Positions 18,475-28,419 of a stretch of 46,386 bases of DNA are shown here, piece after piece (the stretch's first letter is position 1; every line of letters begins with the position of its first letter). The notes under the pieces are model-generated. The model had not been told where the DNA came from. It was given only the letters and a program-made list of their open reading frames with translations, and ran no database searches. This stretch comes from an uncultured Nitrososphaerota archaeon (GTDB taxonomy: Archaea > Korarchaeota > Korarchaeia > Korarchaeales > Korarchaeaceae). The position numbers were made by a program, and so were the translations under genes. Location: assembly GCA_964618805.1 (NCBI GenBank), contig CAZUBM010000010.1, positions 23,945 to 70,330 of the forward strand, written 5' to 3'.

Positions 18475-19293
18475 ATGGGAATATCGATGAGGGTGGGATA
18501 TGTTCAGACATCTCCTTTTTTAGGAGATGTAGCGAGAAATGTTGATTCTGCTCTAGCATTAGCCTCAGGTGAGGAAGCTGATTTGTTGGTCTTTCCAGAA
18601 CTCTTCAATACTGGATATCTCTTTCTTAACAAGAAGGATCTAGCAAAGGTCGCAGAACCAATTCCAAACGGGCCTACCACAAAGAAGTTGATGAGATTTT
18701 CTGCAGAGCACTCGGTCTCAGTTATTGCGGGCATTGCTGAGAAGGAAGGCTCGAAATTCTATAATTCTGCTGTGATCATAAACTCTGATGGGGACTATTT
18801 AGGGACTTATAGGAAGTTACATCTATTTTTGACTGAAAAGCTGGTATTTGAACCTGGAAACCTCGGTCTTCAGGTCTTTGACCTTGGAAAGATAAGAGTT
18901 GGAGTGATGATCTGCTTTGACTGGATTTTTCCCGAGGCGGCAAGGGTGTTGTCGCTCAAAGGAGCCCATTTGATCGCGCATCCAGCCAATTTGGTGTTAC
19001 CCTATGCACAGACGGCAATGTTAGCTAGATCCATAGAGAACAGGGTGTTCACCATAACTGCTAACAGAATTGGGCGAGAAGAGAGGGATGGTAAAAAGTT
19101 GCGCTTCACGGGAAGGAGTCAAATAACATCTCCAAACATGAGGATCTTGAAAAGGGCTTCTGAAAGCTTAGAAGAGGTAGGTGTAGTCTGCATTGATCCT
19201 AGAGAGGCGGAAAACAAGAACATAACCGAACTAAATAATTTATGGGAGGATAGGAGACCAGCCGAATACTCCCTTTTGGTTAGAGAAAAGTAA
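18475..19293 (+). CDS. Nitrilase / carbon-nitrogen hydrolase family amidase
   Basis: Catalytic triad motifs FPELFNTGY, YRKLHLF and ICFDWIFPE. Confidence 0.93.
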   Translation: MGISMRVGYVQTSPFLGDVARNVDSALALASGEEADLLVFPELFNTGYLFLNKKDLAKVAEPIPNGPTTKKLMRFSAEHSVSVIAGIAEKEGSKFYNSAVIINSDGDYLGTYRKLHLFLTEKLVFEPGNLGLQVFDLGKIRVGVMICFDWIFPEAARVLSLKGAHLIAHPANLVLPYAQTAMLARSIENRVFTITANRIGREERDGKKLRFTGRSQITSPNMRILKRASESLEEVGVVCIDPREAENKNITELNNLWEDRRPAEYSLLVREK

Positions 19294-20069
19294 TGGTGTG
19301 GGTGTCCTACATGTCCTTTGGTGAACCGCCTAATAGGGAATATCCTGAATCGCCCATGGTTGGGGTAGGAGGAGTTGTACTCAAAGATAATAAGGTTTTA
19401 CTAGCTAAAAGAAGCAATCCTCCAGGCAGAGGATTATGGTCAATCCCTGGAGGACTTGTTAGGCTTGGTGAGACGTTAAGAGAGGCTGTTAAGAGAGAAG
19501 TCATGGAAGAATGCGGTTTAGAAGTCGAGCCCATAAGCCCGCTCAAGGTCTTTGACGTAATAGAAAAAGATGAAGAGGGGAAGATAAGATTTCACTACGT
19601 AATAGTGGACTATCTCTGTAAGATTAGTAAGGAAGGAACTATTCGTCCAGGGGGCGATGTTGAGGAAGTTAGATGGATAGGCATCGATGATGCTCTTCAT
19701 CTAGATCTGACTAAAGGTACTAGGTCTCTGATAATGGGTCTTAAGAAAAGACTCTTAGTTATTAGGAACTCTGACATCGAGAAAGTTATGCTTGGAGCTC
19801 CAAAAGGACATAAACATATAAGAGGCCTTATTTTCCTGAAAAATGAAGTAGTAATCGTTTTTCAACAAGCTACTCTTGAGAACATAGCTCGTGGTGTGAT
19901 AAATTTGATCACACATCCTCTCAAGAGGGCTCTATGCTTAAGATGTGTTAGATTGGAGAATAGGAAGGGAGATTTTGCAGAATATCAACTTATCGAAGAA
20001 GATAGATCAGAAGAGGACATAATAAACGAGATAACGTTTCTCCTCGCTGAAGAACAGCCAAACCTATAA
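19293..20069 (+). CDS. NUDIX hydrolase fused to a C-terminal domain of unknown function
   Basis: Nudix box GGLVRLGETLREAVKREVMEECG, plus about 105 extra residues (GHKHIRG...QQATLENIARG...THP). Confidence 0.88.
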   Translation: MVWVSYMSFGEPPNREYPESPMVGVGGVVLKDNKVLLAKRSNPPGRGLWSIPGGLVRLGETLREAVKREVMEECGLEVEPISPLKVFDVIEKDEEGKIRFHYVIVDYLCKISKEGTIRPGGDVEEVRWIGIDDALHLDLTKGTRSLIMGLKKRLLVIRNSDIEKVMLGAPKGHKHIRGLIFLKNEVVIVFQQATLENIARGVINLITHPLKRALCLRCVRLENRKGDFAEYQLIEEDRSEEDIINEITFLLAEEQPNL

Positions 20070-20106
20070 GTGTGATACCTCCTTAACCACTTGGAAAGAA
20101 ATACAG

Positions 20107-22449
20107 ATGAGAGAAGCCAATAACTTCAACCCGTCCCCAATACACAATATCTTAGAAAGAGTAGAAGATGAGAGACTTCTTTCTTTCTTGAAAGAGCTGG
20201 AGGAAAGGAGCTCAATCAGCGTTGGCAACGTAAAGGTTAGCAGATTAGCAGCAGCCATGTATCATGATGCAGTTCCAGCTAAATATGAGGAAATAGACCT
20301 TCATCCAGATGTAAAGAGGATCCTCAGTAAGAGAGGCCTCTTTCCTCTTTTTACTCACCAATCAAAAGCAATAAAAGCGGTTCGAGAAGGGAGAAATGTA
20401 GCCGTTGCTACGCCTGCAGCTAGTGGAAAGTCCCTAGTTTACTTGATTCCAATTTTTGAGAGTTTTATAGAAGATAATAGAACGAAGGCGCTGTATCTCG
20501 CTCCAACTAAGGCTCTAGAAAGAGATCAGCTTCTTAAGATAATGGATCTTTCTAATTCACTCAAGGGGTTTAGGGTTGCAGCCTACGACGGAGGAACCCC
20601 GCCAGAAGAAAGAGCTGAGATCAGGAAAAATCCTCCTACCCTTCTTCTAACAAATCCAGACATGTTGCATTACGGTATATTACCCAACCATAGCAAATGG
20701 AGTTCGTTCCTCTCAAGCCTAAAATTCGTAGTTTTAGATGAAATTCATGAATATAGAGGGATTTTTGGAGCTCATGTGGCTAACATTTTAAGGAGAACAA
20801 AACGCCTTGCTGAGACATATGGATCAAAACCCATGTTCATAGCTGCCTCCGCCACTATTGCAAATCCTAAAGAACATGCAGAGAAATTAGTTGGTGAGAA
20901 GTTTGAAGTAATAAAGGAAAGTGGCTCTGCCAGGCCAGCTAAAATCATTCTTCTCTGGAATCCCGTACCTCTCTTCGATCCTTATACCGATGCTGAGCGT
21001 CTTTTCCTAGGAGCGATCTCAGCAGGTTTGAAAACGATCGTTTTTTGTAAGTCAAGAAAGGTTGTGGAGATCATGACAAGAAACGTAAAGAGACACCTCC
21101 TTAGGCTTGGTAGAGATGATCTTCTTGGTAAAATTGCTTCTTATAGGTCCGGATATCTTCCAAAGGAAAGGAGAAAGATTGAGAGGATGCTTTTTTCAGG
21201 ACAACTTAAGGGAGTCGTTGCAACAAGTGCATTAGAGCTTGGAATAGATGTAGGAGAGCTTGATTGTTGCATTCTGGTAGGCTATCCTGGTTCAAGGATT
21301 AGCACATTGCAGAGAGCTGGGAGAGTAGGAAGGAGGGTTGGGAGAGCTGGCATCATCGTGATGGTCGCTATGGAAGATGCCCTTGACCAATATTTTGTGA
21401 AAAATCCGAAAGAATTGTTCTCTGGGGATGTTGAAAAGGCCTTTGTAAATCCTGAGAATGAGAGATTGCTTTCAAAGCATGTATTGTGCGCTTCCTCCGA
21501 ATTACCCGTTAAGGAGGAGGATTCTCTGTACTTTGGGGAGAGACTTACTAGTATTTTAGAGGATTTGGAAAGGGAAGGAAAAGTAAAGAGAACGGCCTTT
21601 GGTTATGTCTCCCTAATAAGAAGGCCTCATGTCAAGGTTAGAATAAGATCTATAGAGGATCCCTTCACACTCGTTAATGTAGAAGCTGGCAAAGAGATAG
21701 GTTATGTGGATGGGGCTCGAGTTTTCAGGGAATGTTATCCTGGGGCCATCTATCTGCACATGGACAGGGCATACCTCGTTGTTGGTTTAGATATTGAAAA
21801 TAGGAAAGTTCTCTTGAGAAAAACCATGTTAAAATACTATACACAGGAACTCGTATCCTCAAATGTGAAGATATCGCGGATTTTGAGGGAATTTAGTAGA
21901 GAAGATGTTAGAATAAGGCATGGGGAGGTTAGGGTCACTGAACGCGTCGTTGGATTTAGGAAAAAGCCAATAAGAGGGGGAGTTTCTAAAGAGATCGTAC
22001 CACTTTCCTTGCCTCCCTATGAATTTGAATCTGAGGCAATATGGTTCGAACTTCCCTTGGAAATGCTGCATTATGTTGAGAGCAAGGGCATGGACTTTCA
22101 TGGAGGGATCCATGGAAGCGAACATGCATTAATAGCCATGGCTCCTTTGTTCACTTTATCTGACAGGGCGGATTTAGGCGGTGTTTCAACGCCATATCAT
22201 CCCCAACTTAGTGGGCCTGGCATCTTCATTTATGAAGGGTATCCGGGAGGAGTTGGTATAGTGGAAAAGCTGTATAATGACGCCTTTTCATGGTTAAAGA
22301 AGACCTACATCAACATAAAAGAGTGTCCTTGTGAATCTGGGTGTCTTAGCTGTGGTCTCTTGAGTCCTAAATGCGGAAATGAGAACCAGCCGCTGGATAA
22401 GGTGGCTGCACAATTCATATTGCGTTATATCCTAGAAAAAATAGGATAG
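20107..22449 (+). CDS. DEAH-box helicase with DUF1998 (Hrq1/MrfA-like)
   Basis: ASGKS, DEIH, SATIANP, ATSALELGIDVG and QRAGRVGR; C-terminal CPCESGCLSC...KC. Confidence 0.93.
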   Translation: MREANNFNPSPIHNILERVEDERLLSFLKELEERSSISVGNVKVSRLAAAMYHDAVPAKYEEIDLHPDVKRILSKRGLFPLFTHQSKAIKAVREGRNVAVATPAASGKSLVYLIPIFESFIEDNRTKALYLAPTKALERDQLLKIMDLSNSLKGFRVAAYDGGTPPEERAEIRKNPPTLLLTNPDMLHYGILPNHSKWSSFLSSLKFVVLDEIHEYRGIFGAHVANILRRTKRLAETYGSKPMFIAASATIANPKEHAEKLVGEKFEVIKESGSARPAKIILLWNPVPLFDPYTDAERLFLGAISAGLKTIVFCKSRKVVEIMTRNVKRHLLRLGRDDLLGKIASYRSGYLPKERRKIERMLFSGQLKGVVATSALELGIDVGELDCCILVGYPGSRISTLQRAGRVGRRVGRAGIIVMVAMEDALDQYFVKNPKELFSGDVEKAFVNPENERLLSKHVLCASSELPVKEEDSLYFGERLTSILEDLEREGKVKRTAFGYVSLIRRPHVKVRIRSIEDPFTLVNVEAGKEIGYVDGARVFRECYPGAIYLHMDRAYLVVGLDIENRKVLLRKTMLKYYTQELVSSNVKISRILREFSREDVRIRHGEVRVTERVVGFRKKPIRGGVSKEIVPLSLPPYEFESEAIWFELPLEMLHYVESKGMDFHGGIHGSEHALIAMAPLFTLSDRADLGGVSTPYHPQLSGPGIFIYEGYPGGVGIVEKLYNDAFSWLKKTYINIKECPCESGCLSCGLLSPKCGNENQPLDKVAAQFILRYILEKIG

Positions 22450-22462
22450 GGATGGAATTAGG

Positions 22463-23494
22463 TTGAAAGGAACCTTATGTTCCCCTAAGACTGTCCTTGT
22501 AAGAATTTCTGAAAGAGAAGGGATTCCTCTTATTGGTGCAATTCCATTCGGTTTGATAGATAGAGGTACAAACGTCATTCAAGTAAGGCCTTCATCCATG
22601 TGTCCTCTTTCATGCGTATTTTGTTCTACGGATGCTGGTCCTAATTCCAGAACAAGACTTGCTGAGTACTTCGTTGATTTGGATTATATAATCGCATACT
22701 TTGAAAGGCTAGTTGATTTTAAGGGAATAGATGACATAGAGGGACATATCGATACAGTTGGAGATCCTTTAACTTATCCTCATCTTACGAATCTGATAAG
22801 AAGATTAAAACAGAACCCTAGAGTCAAGATAGTCTCTATTCAGACGCATGGACAGCTTTTGACAGAGGAAAAAATATATGAGATGGAGGAGGCTGGTCTA
22901 GATAGGATTAATCTAAGCATAGACTCTCTTGATGCTGAGCGTGCTCGATTTCTCAGCGGCTCTCCCTATTATGATGTTGAAAAGGTAAAGGAATTGGCCA
23001 AAATAATAACAGAGTGCACTAGCATGGATCTTTTGATAGCCCCGGTTTGGGTTCCAGGGATTAACGATAAGGATATGTTTGAACTCATAGAATTCGCTCT
23101 ATCGGTAGGTGCTGGCAAGAGATGGCCGCCTCTTGGGATTCAAAAGTACATCCCTCACAGGCTTGGAAGGAAGCCAAGAAACGTTAAGCCAATGAGCTGG
23201 GCTAGGTTTTATTCGGTCCTAGAGCGTTGGGAATCCAGATTTGGCGTTAAGTTAATCCTCTACCCGGAAGATTTTGGAATACATCCAGCTCCTAGGCTTC
23301 CTAATGTGATGAAGCTCGGTCAGGTTGTAAGGGCTAAGATAGTTGGGTTAGGGTGGCGGAGAGGAGAAGCTCTTGCCGTAGCTAAGAACAGGATCATCAT
23401 GATCCTCAATGCAGCAAGTCTTCCTTTGGGTTCTGAGGTAAAGGTAAGAATAATTAGGGATAAAGACAACATATATGTAGGAAAGCTCGTTTAA
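22463..23494 (+). CDS. Radical SAM protein with C-terminal TRAM-like domain
   Basis: CPLSCVFC (CxxxCxxC) and FGLIDRGTNVIQVRP; C-terminal VKVRIIRDKDNIYVG. Confidence 0.9.
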   Translation: MKGTLCSPKTVLVRISEREGIPLIGAIPFGLIDRGTNVIQVRPSSMCPLSCVFCSTDAGPNSRTRLAEYFVDLDYIIAYFERLVDFKGIDDIEGHIDTVGDPLTYPHLTNLIRRLKQNPRVKIVSIQTHGQLLTEEKIYEMEEAGLDRINLSIDSLDAERARFLSGSPYYDVEKVKELAKIITECTSMDLLIAPVWVPGINDKDMFELIEFALSVGAGKRWPPLGIQKYIPHRLGRKPRNVKPMSWARFYSVLERWESRFGVKLILYPEDFGIHPAPRLPNVMKLGQVVRAKIVGLGWRRGEALAVAKNRIIMILNAASLPLGSEVKVRIIRDKDNIYVGKLV

Positions 23495-23628
23495 ATGATC
23501 TGTCTCCAACATTGATTAATACCCAATTTGGAAGCTTCAGTTTTAAAAGGTGAAACCCTTGTTGGCATTGAAACCCATTCACTTATGATAATAACCCAAG
23601 AGTAAGAGAAGGAGGTTAATGCGAGAAG

Positions 23629-24870
23629 ATGAAATCGAGTTCGATATCCAAGTATAAATTCAGAAAGCTGCTGAAGATGCTCAAGGAAAAGCAGGGAAGA
23701 GGCACCGAACTAATCTCACTTTACATACCTCCAGGAAGGAATATTTTTGACGTAGGAAATTATTTGAGGCAAGAACAAGACCAAGCGGGTAACATAAAGG
23801 ATAAGCTAACTAGGAAGAATGTCCAATCTTCGATAGAAAAGCTCATTCAATACCTAAAGCTCTATAGAAAGACCCCTCCAAATGGCTTAGCATTGTTCTG
23901 CGGAGCAATTCCTCAAGGACCAGTAAGGGGAACGGAGAAGATAGAGATGTACGCGATAGAGCCTCCCGAGCCGGTGAGGTCTTTCATGTATGTCTGTGAT
24001 CAAACATTCTATCTCGAGCCTTTAGAGGAGATGGCAAGGGAGAAGGATGTCTACGGTCTTCTAGTGCTGGATAGAGGGGGTGGAGCAATAGCTATATTGA
24101 GAGGAGCAAACTACACTGTCGTTAACAGAGTTTCGTCAGACGTCCCTCCGAAGCATAGCGCTGGCGGATGGTCCCAGAGGAGGTTCGAAAGAATAAGGGA
24201 GGAGAAAGTTCATGAGTTCTTCAAGAAGTTTGGAGAGGCTGCCAACAAAGCTTTATTGCCTTACATAAAGGAGCTAAAGGGAATAATCATAGGAGGTCCT
24301 GGAGACGCGAGGGAAATTTTTGAACAGGGAAATTACTTAGATTACCGTCTGAAATCAAAAGTTCTTGCCAATTTGCCTCTCTCTTATTCTGGAGAGGGTG
24401 GGCTCAGGGAATTAATTGAAAAATCGATGGATGTCCTGAAAGGCGCTGCCCTAGTAGAAGAGAAGGAAGCTGTTGATAAAATTCTCAGAACCTTGGCTAG
24501 AAATCCAAATCTAGTGGCATATGGGATAAGAGATGTGTTACAATCGTTGATGAGCGGAGCAGCAGAAATGGTAGTCGTTCTCAGCGACTTAGAATACTTA
24601 CATGTTAAGAGAACTTGTCAAAATTGTGGTTTTGAGGAGGAGAGGCTCATAAAGGTGGGAGAGACAGAAACACAAGAGAACTCCGTGCCCTGCCCTAAAT
24701 GTGGATCTACGACGTTTGAAGTTGAGAAGGAGGATATAATTGATTACATCGTTACATTGGCAGAATCAATATCAGCAGAGGTCGTAGTCATATCAAGCGA
24801 GACGGAATGGGGTGAGCAGCTGAAGGCCCTTGGAGGGGTAGCCGCCTTACTCAGATATGAAGCTGGTTGA
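23629..24870 (+). CDS. prf1: Peptide chain release factor aRF1 (GGW variant)
   Basis: GRGTELISLYIP, NIKD, YVCDQTF, Zn ribbon (CQNC...CPKC) and GGVAALLRY. Confidence 0.95.
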   Translation: MKSSSISKYKFRKLLKMLKEKQGRGTELISLYIPPGRNIFDVGNYLRQEQDQAGNIKDKLTRKNVQSSIEKLIQYLKLYRKTPPNGLALFCGAIPQGPVRGTEKIEMYAIEPPEPVRSFMYVCDQTFYLEPLEEMAREKDVYGLLVLDRGGGAIAILRGANYTVVNRVSSDVPPKHSAGGWSQRRFERIREEKVHEFFKKFGEAANKALLPYIKELKGIIIGGPGDAREIFEQGNYLDYRLKSKVLANLPLSYSGEGGLRELIEKSMDVLKGAALVEEKEAVDKILRTLARNPNLVAYGIRDVLQSLMSGAAEMVVVLSDLEYLHVKRTCQNCGFEEERLIKVGETETQENSVPCPKCGSTTFEVEKEDIIDYIVTLAESISAEVVVISSETEWGEQLKALGGVAALLRYEAG

Positions 24871-24902
24871 TAACTTTTTATTTGGCCAATGGAAAAATCT
24901 GT

Positions 24903-25004
24903 GGGCCGGTAGCTCAGTGGTAGAGCGCCGCTCTCGCACTAAGAGCGACAAATCGTCGCTCTTGCGGATAGCGGAGGTCGCGGGTTCGAATCCCGCCCGG
25001 TCCA
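24903..25004 (+). tRNA. tRNA-Ala(CGC) with 30-nt intron (best BHB fit at 38/39: 24940-24969)
   Basis: GGGCCGG/CCGGTCC with G3:U70; CCGCT-CT CGC A...AGCGG; intron hairpin AAGAGCGAC/GTCGCTCTT. Confidence 0.92.
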
Positions 25005-25292
25005 TCTTTGATTAAGGTCAAACTTGTTGTCTAACTTTCGTTTTAAGGTTAGTTATTGGATGGAGATGGAGGTTAAAGTTGCTAGAAGGCAACCTCTTCC
25101 TCATGCAAATAAGGACTGATATGCTTATTATGATGCATATATGGACGCTAAAAGAGATTTGTTAGGCTTGCTAAAGAGTTCCTGAAGCTATAAAAAAGCG
25201 AGAGTGTTTGCGATTGGAATTAAAAGAAACAGGGTCTACTCCTAGAACGGATATTAAGGGATCGATAAGAACCAACTTTCTAGCTCAAAAAG

Positions 25293-25364
25293 AGCCGGGG
25301 CCGGGATTCGAACCCGGGATCGGTGGGTCTGCAGCCCACCGCCTTACCACTCGGCTACCCCGGC
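25293..25364 (-). tRNA. tRNA-Cys(GCA)
   Basis: GCCGGGG/CCCCGGC-U, GTGGG-CT GCA GA-CCCAC. Confidence 0.95.
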
Positions 25365-25446
25365 TTGCTATAAAGAAGATCAATTTCGCTTATTTTAATC
25401 TTCCGACCTAATGTTAAAATGAGGAAATCACTGCTAACTTACCTTT

Positions 25447-26736
25447 TTAGGCAAGTTTTCCTTTTATTTCCCCTATAAGTCTATCTAAAGGAATTTCTGA
25501 CTCCTCGCCCGAGTCCAGATCCCTTACTTTCACAGATTTCTTTTCAAGTTCCCTCTTTCCTAGCAAAACCACGAGTTTACACCCTTTTTTGTTTGCATAC
25601 TCGAGCTGTTTGGATAAAGGTCTCTCCCTTAACTCCACATCGGTCTTGATTCCCGCCATTCTAAGGTCCCTTGCTATCTTGAGAGCGAGTGGCTTTAGCT
25701 CATGCCCGATGTATGCTACGAAGACAGGTCTCCTATCTCTTATCTCAACAACTCCTTTTTCCTTGGCTGCTTCAACGAGACGATCGACTCCAAATGACAT
25801 GCCAACACATGAGACGTCCGGTCCTCCGTATAGGCTTATTAGATTGTCGTACCTTCCCCCTCCGCACACGGAGTAAGGTATTCCTTCTACTAGGACTTCA
25901 AACACCATACCTGTGTAATAAGCTAATCCCCTAACGATGTTGGGAGAAAAAAGGATCCAATTTCCTAATCCTATCTCTTTCCCGAGATCGAAGAGCTTGA
26001 TTAGGCGTTCTATGACTTGTCTTAGCTTAGGCTCCTCCAACACTTCAAGAGCCTCTTCCGGTAATCTGTTCTTCAGACCTAGAAGGAACATTACTCTATC
26101 AAAGAGCTCTTTTCTTCCATTAAGAGCTGCTAAGAGTTCCCGATTAAACGTTTCATTAGAAATCTTGTTCTTCTTATCTATGACTAGCATTACTCTGTAC
26201 TGTTGGTCTGAATCAAATCCCTCTTGCCTTAGCATTTCCCTGAATATCCGAACGTCGTTTACTTCAACCCTAAAATCCTTAAAACCTAGAGCTAACATCG
26301 AGTCGATTACTACGGACATCACCTCAAGATCTGATTCTATGGATAAAGCACCTATCAACTCGACGCCCGCTTGCCAGAACTCCCTATATCTCATTTTCTG
26401 GGGCTCATCGTATCTAAACACGCTTCCAAAGTAGCTCCATTTGACTGGTAGTTTGAGCTCTCCAGCCCTCTGAACGAAAAGTCTGGCTGCCGAGGGCGTA
26501 AGTTCGGGTCTCAGCGCCACCTTTCTACCTCCGAAGTCCGTGAAGGTATACATACGCTTCTCTATCTCCTCCCCTGACTTCCTTTCAAAGAGAGAAAATG
26601 GTTCCAGAGTTGGTAATACAATTTCTTCGAATCCGTACAAATTAAATACGGTCCTTAGTGTATCTTCTACCCTCTGAAAGATTCTCGCTTCCTCAGGCAT
26701 TAGTATCCTGAAGCCCCTTAGCGTTGAGAAGTCCAT
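25447..26736 (-). CDS. hisS: Histidine--tRNA ligase
   Basis: LRPELT, FRYDEPQKMRYREFWQ, RGLAYYTG and GGGRYDNL. Confidence 0.97.
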   Translation of the reverse strand: MDFSTLRGFRILMPEEARIFQRVEDTLRTVFNLYGFEEIVLPTLEPFSLFERKSGEEIEKRMYTFTDFGGRKVALRPELTPSAARLFVQRAGELKLPVKWSYFGSVFRYDEPQKMRYREFWQAGVELIGALSIESDLEVMSVVIDSMLALGFKDFRVEVNDVRIFREMLRQEGFDSDQQYRVMLVIDKKNKISNETFNRELLAALNGRKELFDRVMFLLGLKNRLPEEALEVLEEPKLRQVIERLIKLFDLGKEIGLGNWILFSPNIVRGLAYYTGMVFEVLVEGIPYSVCGGGRYDNLISLYGGPDVSCVGMSFGVDRLVEAAKEKGVVEIRDRRPVFVAYIGHELKPLALKIARDLRMAGIKTDVELRERPLSKQLEYANKKGCKLVVLLGKRELEKKSVKVRDLDSGEESEIPLDRLIGEIKGKLA

Positions 26737-26791
26737 CCCAAGAGTTGTTCGGCATGAATACTTAAATAAACCCTAGGTCTCTCTCATCACT

Positions 26792-26866
26792 GGGCCCGTA
26801 GCTCAGTATGGATAGAGCGGCGGCCTCCTAAGCCGTAGGTCGCGGGTTCGAGTCCCGCCGGGCCCG
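26792..26866 (+). tRNA. tRNA-Arg(CCT)
   Basis: GGGCCCG/CGGGCCC, GCGGC-CT CCT AA-GCCGT; TTAAATA box at about 26762. Confidence 0.95.
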
Positions 26867-26915
26867 TTTTTAGTTCTGTTTTTTAGTCTGAAGCGAACCT
26901 ATCGTGGTGGGTAGG

Positions 26916-27929
26916 ATGAAACTAAGGAATTTGGCGTTAGCATGCTTTACCTTGGTCTTAATTGTTGTTCCAGCTGCTTTAGTCCGCAGTCAACAACCTC
27001 CAGCTTCCACATATGGGGCAATTGTTGTTAGAGGGGACATATATGCAGATTGGACCTTGGCTATGGCTTTTTCTATGAAAGAAAGGATACCTGTACTCAC
27101 GCTGTTCAAAGAAGTGAATGAGGAAGAAGTTATTGGTGTATTAACCAGTTTGTTGGAGGCAAGACGATCTGTTCTTATCGTAGGGGATTCTATGGCTGTT
27201 CCAAGGGACTTCGAGATCATATTGAAATCCATGAGGATAGATGTGGATAGGGTAGGGGGCGCAACGAGGGCAGACACATCTTTACAAATGATAATAAGGG
27301 GTTTCTGGGCCGAAAGTAAGGAGCTAGTTGTAGTTGACGGTCAGAAAAGGGAGCTATACATACCAGCTCTTTCTCTATCATCGACAGCTCTAGCGCCAAT
27401 AGTGTACTCTATTGAAGGCCACCTTCCTGAGAATTTTTACAAAGTTGTAGGGAACTACATGACAAAACTCGAGACCATATACGTTCTAGATAACTCTCTT
27501 TCGGAGGATGAGATCAAAAGGCTAATTAACAAAGGTTATACAATAAAAGAAATGAATATTACGACTGTAGAAGCTCCAAAGAGAAGTTTAGTTCAGCAAG
27601 CATCGTTATGGCTTAGAGAAAGAGCCTTAGGTATTGTTACTGGCCTTTTCATGGGGACTATTGCGTCTTATCTCATTTTATTGAGGAAAAAGAGATCTCC
27701 TTCTGAACTATTGATGAGTTTCTTAACAAGGGATGAGAGAGCGCTCGTAGAAATAATTAGGAGAAATAAAGAAGTAAGGCAGGAGGATCTTCCCGAATTG
27801 ACAGGTTTTTCTCGTCCTAAAGTAAGTAGAATGGTGAATGAACTGGTGAGTAGGGGGATATTGGAGAAAGAGGTCTCAGGAAAGACTTATGTGTTAAGGG
27901 TTAGGAATCTATTTAAAGGGAGAACTTGA
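26916..27929 (+). CDS. Membrane-anchored protein: signal peptide, cell-wall-binding-repeat-2-like ectodomain, TM helix, C-terminal winged HTH
   Basis: Hydrophobic N-terminus, DRVGGATRADTS, TM segment ALGIVTGLFMGTIASYLILL, then LTRDE...QEDLPELTGFSRPKVSRMVNELVSRG. Confidence 0.75.
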   Translation: MKLRNLALACFTLVLIVVPAALVRSQQPPASTYGAIVVRGDIYADWTLAMAFSMKERIPVLTLFKEVNEEEVIGVLTSLLEARRSVLIVGDSMAVPRDFEIILKSMRIDVDRVGGATRADTSLQMIIRGFWAESKELVVVDGQKRELYIPALSLSSTALAPIVYSIEGHLPENFYKVVGNYMTKLETIYVLDNSLSEDEIKRLINKGYTIKEMNITTVEAPKRSLVQQASLWLRERALGIVTGLFMGTIASYLILLRKKRSPSELLMSFLTRDERALVEIIRRNKEVRQEDLPELTGFSRPKVSRMVNELVSRGILEKEVSGKTYVLRVRNLFKGRT

Positions 27930-27958
27930 CCTAACCCCTCAAGGTCGGAGGTTCTATT

Positions 27959-28132
27959 ATGTCAAGAGAAGAGTTGTATTGCACTTCCTGCGGGAGAAGA
28001 GTAACCTATCAGCCTTCATTGGTCACCTTCCTCTGCCCAAACTGTGGTGAGGCTCTTATAGTACGGTGTAGGATTTGCAGACAACAAGCAAACCGTTATA
28101 TATGTCCCGTGTGTGGTTTTGAGGGTCCCTAA
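27959..28132 (+). CDS. Small zinc-ribbon protein (DUF1610 family)
   Basis: Manual translation CTSCG...FLCPNCGE..IVRCRICR...YICPVCGFEGP* (57 aa); usual position before EF-1beta. Confidence 0.92.
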   Translation: MSREELYCTSCGRRVTYQPSLVTFLCPNCGEALIVRCRICRQQANRYICPVCGFEGP

Positions 28133-28146
28133 GAGGTCGATGAAGC

Positions 28147-28413
28147 ATGACTAAAATCCTAATGGAAGTAAGAGTCCTTTTGGAAGTTGAATCCGATCGT
28201 GAGAAAGTCTTAGAGTCCATAAGAGATTCCCTAAGGGAAAATAGTGCAGAACTGCTTGACTTCGATAAAGTTCCGATAGCCTTCGGAATTGAGGCTCTTA
28301 ACCTATTCATAAGAGCTCCAGAGGAAGAAGGGATTACTACAAAAGTACTTGATGGGATAAGCAACGTAGAAGGGGTAAGTAGCGTCGAAATAGGTAGGAC
28401 TTCAAGAGCGTGA
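28147..28413 (+). CDS. ef1b: Elongation factor 1-beta
   Basis: PIAFGIEAL and VEGVSSVE. Confidence 0.9.
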   Translation: MTKILMEVRVLLEVESDREKVLESIRDSLRENSAELLDFDKVPIAFGIEALNLFIRAPEEEGITTKVLDGISNVEGVSSVEIGRTSRA

Positions 28414-28419
28414 GCTGAC

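Noticed and set aside
24935-24969. Alternative BHB register CGCA/TGCG in tRNA-Ala
   Set aside because: It would leave a 9-nt anticodon loop.
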